Shown piece by piece: positions 61,234 to 64,000 of a DNA stretch of 64,000 nucleotides. Made by a program: the position numbers and the translations under genes. This DNA is from Massalongia carnosa. Taxonomy: Eukaryota. Every line of letters begins with the position of its first letter. Position 1 is the stretch's first letter. The stretch is from the NCBI GenBank assembly GCA_965645245.1, contig OZ287070.1, forward strand, positions 992,001 to 1,056,000, given 5' to 3'. Under the pieces are notes generated by a model. It did not search any database. It worked only from the letters and a program-made list of their open reading frames with translations, and was not told the DNA's origin.

Positions 61234-61704
61234 GGCCCCGTTCGGTAACCTCCTTATAATGAAAAAGGCCTTCCGTTCGGTTCGGCCTCCTCCTTATTTT
61301 TTAAGGAGTCTCCTTCGCGGCAAGTTCTATAATTGGTATATTGCAAAGGGTCTGCAGGGATTGTTGCAGGGGGCCAAAAGAAGGTGGTCGCGAGGTCCTT
61401 TTTTTATTAAGGAGGGTTCTATTTGCCTCTGTATTCGACGATTGTATGTCTTTTAAATATGGAACACTACTTGCAGCGACGATCGCAAACAGCGACGGTT
61501 ATCAATTCAATCTTGATGAAAATTGTTCCCAATCTAATTCTGACTACTCAGCATGAGTCGAATAGAGAATATACGACGAGTTTACTCCGTACTTACTTGT
61601 CAATAGCTTCTTATTGTAGCCGCGAATAAGACGCTATAAACGCACGGACACCAGCTTATTCAGGGGTGCAAAAAGGAGCAGTCTTAATGTTACCAAACAG
61701 ACCC
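61234..61704 (+). mobile_element. PIF/Harbinger (Tourist-like) MITE, copy 2
   Basis: TIR GGCCCCGTTCGGTAAC / GTTACCAAACAGACCC, TTA TSD at 61231-61233 and 61705-61707. Confidence 0.9.
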
Positions 61705-64000
61705 TTATGCTAGAGTTAGGTTGCAAAATCTTCCAGTGCATCGAGACTCGGAAGGTACGCTGTTGCAAGGACCTTACCATGATCAAAGAAGTCACTCCCT
61801 TCAGGCAAGGTTTGGCTTGGTGTTGAATCACCACACGCAACCTCCTAGCAAGAACCATTCATTATCGCAAGATGAAGTGGGGGGGAGATGACATGTAAAA
61901 AAGATGTGAGCGGTTTTTTTTATACACCACCTGTTCGTTCTCATATTGCTTTGCCGAAGAGCTATTTTCCAAGTGCATCGGATTCATCAACCAGTCTCGT
62001 TATGAAAATTCGATTGCGCCATGGAGAAGCATGAGCATCATGGGCGAATCATAGTAAGACGCGCCGAAATCGAAATATCCATCTTATAAGGCGAAACCCT
62101 GTTTTACCACTATATTTATTTCCATGCTAGGTCCGTCGAGCTCTGGGTTATGGACAGTATGACTCTATCTACGATGCATGATCATGTTCATCCCGCTTCG
62201 ACGTTTCCAACACCTCTCAGCTAGTGGGTCGGTTTCTCGTAGATTTGTTTTTATATCCAGTGCTAAGAGCGATTCATCTTCTAATTAACAGTGATCAATC
62301 CGTAAGAAGACACCTCCGAGTGGATGGGGATGGTAAACGCCCCCAATGAGCACACCGTCCAACATCATCAAGTATGTGAAAAACGAATTCTTCATCTGCC
62401 TCTCGTTTCAATCGAAAATTATGGTTTAATATTAGAAGCTCTTCTTGTGCTCGCTTTACCTGCTGAAACATGGTGATAATATTCTCTAGCGCTCGAGTTC
62501 TTCACTTCTCAGCTGTTTTCGACAAAAACTTCGGTTCGATAATCTCGACTGCTGCGGGAAATTTATATGGAATGACTTCATGCCATCCATCGTAGGGCGC
62601 AGTTACAGCACGGTGGGAATGAGTTCAACCCAGGCCGCAGAATAGAAATGATTATCCTCACCACTTTTAGCCACATGTAGGCCCTGAACTAGTCTCTTCA
62701 TAGAACAATAGCATCAGCCCGACAACACTGTGCCGCTGATCAGGTTAATCCCACAGGTGGAATTGTTTTTTTGTGTGTGGCAAAAAATTTTCGCTTTTGA
62801 AAAGATTTCTTGATGCGTAAGTTGTAACGTCTTGGAAAGCTGTCGTACGGGTTTCGACAAGCTAGCCCTGAGCGGATTTCCGCAAAGGAGAGCATGAGTT
62901 CGAGTGCACGAGAGAAGAAGCGAGAAATGGGACGGGGTAAGAGCCTCATCGCTCTGCTCGTTTCTTCGATTCAACTCTTCTTCCGAGTTCTGTTCTCTTG
63001 GTTTCGGGAAGCATGCCTTGATACTCCTTGTACGCATGCTTCGATAGATTTAATGCATACAGCATTGCTCTATGTCTATAGCAGGCGCTCGATTTCTTTG
63101 CGATTTCGCTGATATCCTTGATTGATACTGGCTCTTCTTGCAGGTACATCCGTACTCTACCACGGACAACTCATCTACCATTTAACCTTGCAATTTCCTC
63201 TATAGATTCTAATCTGTCATGGTCTTCGTCCTGGGCACTTGGGACCTAAATTTATACGAATGGGTGTATTCCTCTCAACCCATACGCGCTTTCTTGTCAA
63301 GCCGGAGAATCAGAATCATGAAATCCCCTGCATATAGCTCCGATGAGTAGTAGGGAGTACAAGTGCTTTGCTAAGTGTCACACAGCAGTCGTCGGCAGTA
63401 ATGGGAATATATTGCAGTGGTTAGTTCGAGCCACAGTAGATGTTTCTCCTTCGTACATTCGTTTCAAAATATATAGCTATCAAATCCTTACACTTTCCAC
63501 CAGAGCAACGGCAGGGATAGAACATCTAAGGAGTTGGGCTGCTTCTGCTTTGAGGCCTTATATAATCGTGAAAGCTTATACGCTTAGAGTTTCTTAGGGT
63601 TGAAACGGCTTTCATCATACTAATTTTAAGATCAAGTTAGATATTTAAATATCATATAGACAGATTCAGGGATTTTTTGCGTTATGGTTAGTGTTTATTG
63701 TTTATGTTGAAGATAGACAAGAAATGTAGACGAATAATTAAAGCGATGAAAAAGATTTGAGATGAGAATTAAAAGTCATGCAACATAGAATTACAATCTA
63801 AAGTGATATCTTATATACCGTATGCTTAGTAAATTTTGCGAAAGGGCAGAATTATGCGTGGAAGAGAGAATGTCAACTCCAATACCTGTAGACGTCTACA
63901 TATTGCGTCATTGTATCGAATGTATGTGTATCTAGACTTTGTTTGGACTGGCTCCCTCGTCTTGACTTGGAGCAATCAAAATGTCCACTTCCTCGATATT

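Noticed and set aside
52032..61704. Long inverted repeat read as the TIRs of a single 9.7-kb element
   Set aside because: Each arm has its own TIRs and TTA TSD, so they are two separate MITE insertions; the short ORFs inside them are not credible genes
56600..64000. Scattered short ORFs, including possible decayed genes near 57600-58100, 59300-60150 and 62700-63150
   Set aside because: No motif I can assign; likely relic or non-coding DNA

Overview
Filamentous ascomycete (Pezizomycotina-type) genomic DNA with spliceosomal introns. The first ~9 kb hold conserved genes: noxA (NADPH oxidase catalytic subunit, runs off the left edge) head-to-head with noxD/pro41 (p22phox-like subunit), a LEA-like hydrophilin and a small Cys/His protein. 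From ~14.8 kb the window is a transposon-rich accessory region. It contains a near-intact AcademH-type DNA transposon (DUF6589-type transposase plus convergent RecQ-like helicase) with hairpin-built ends, followed directly by its own MITE at the same target site. Next come an intact young Ty1/copia element (identical LTRs, gag-UGA-pol in one frame), degenerate piggyBac-like and Tc1 (DD37E) elements, and a decayed three-gene CACTA/EnSpm-like element carrying a SNF2-type helicase-C gene. Further right are a caspase-like protease gene next to a DUF6594 membrane-protein gene, a JmjC-Ulp1 fusion pseudogene, a Clr5-TPR pseudogene, an alpha/beta-hydrolase with one premature stop, and two PIF/Harbinger MITEs. 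All family assignments come from motifs recognised by eye; no database search was run.
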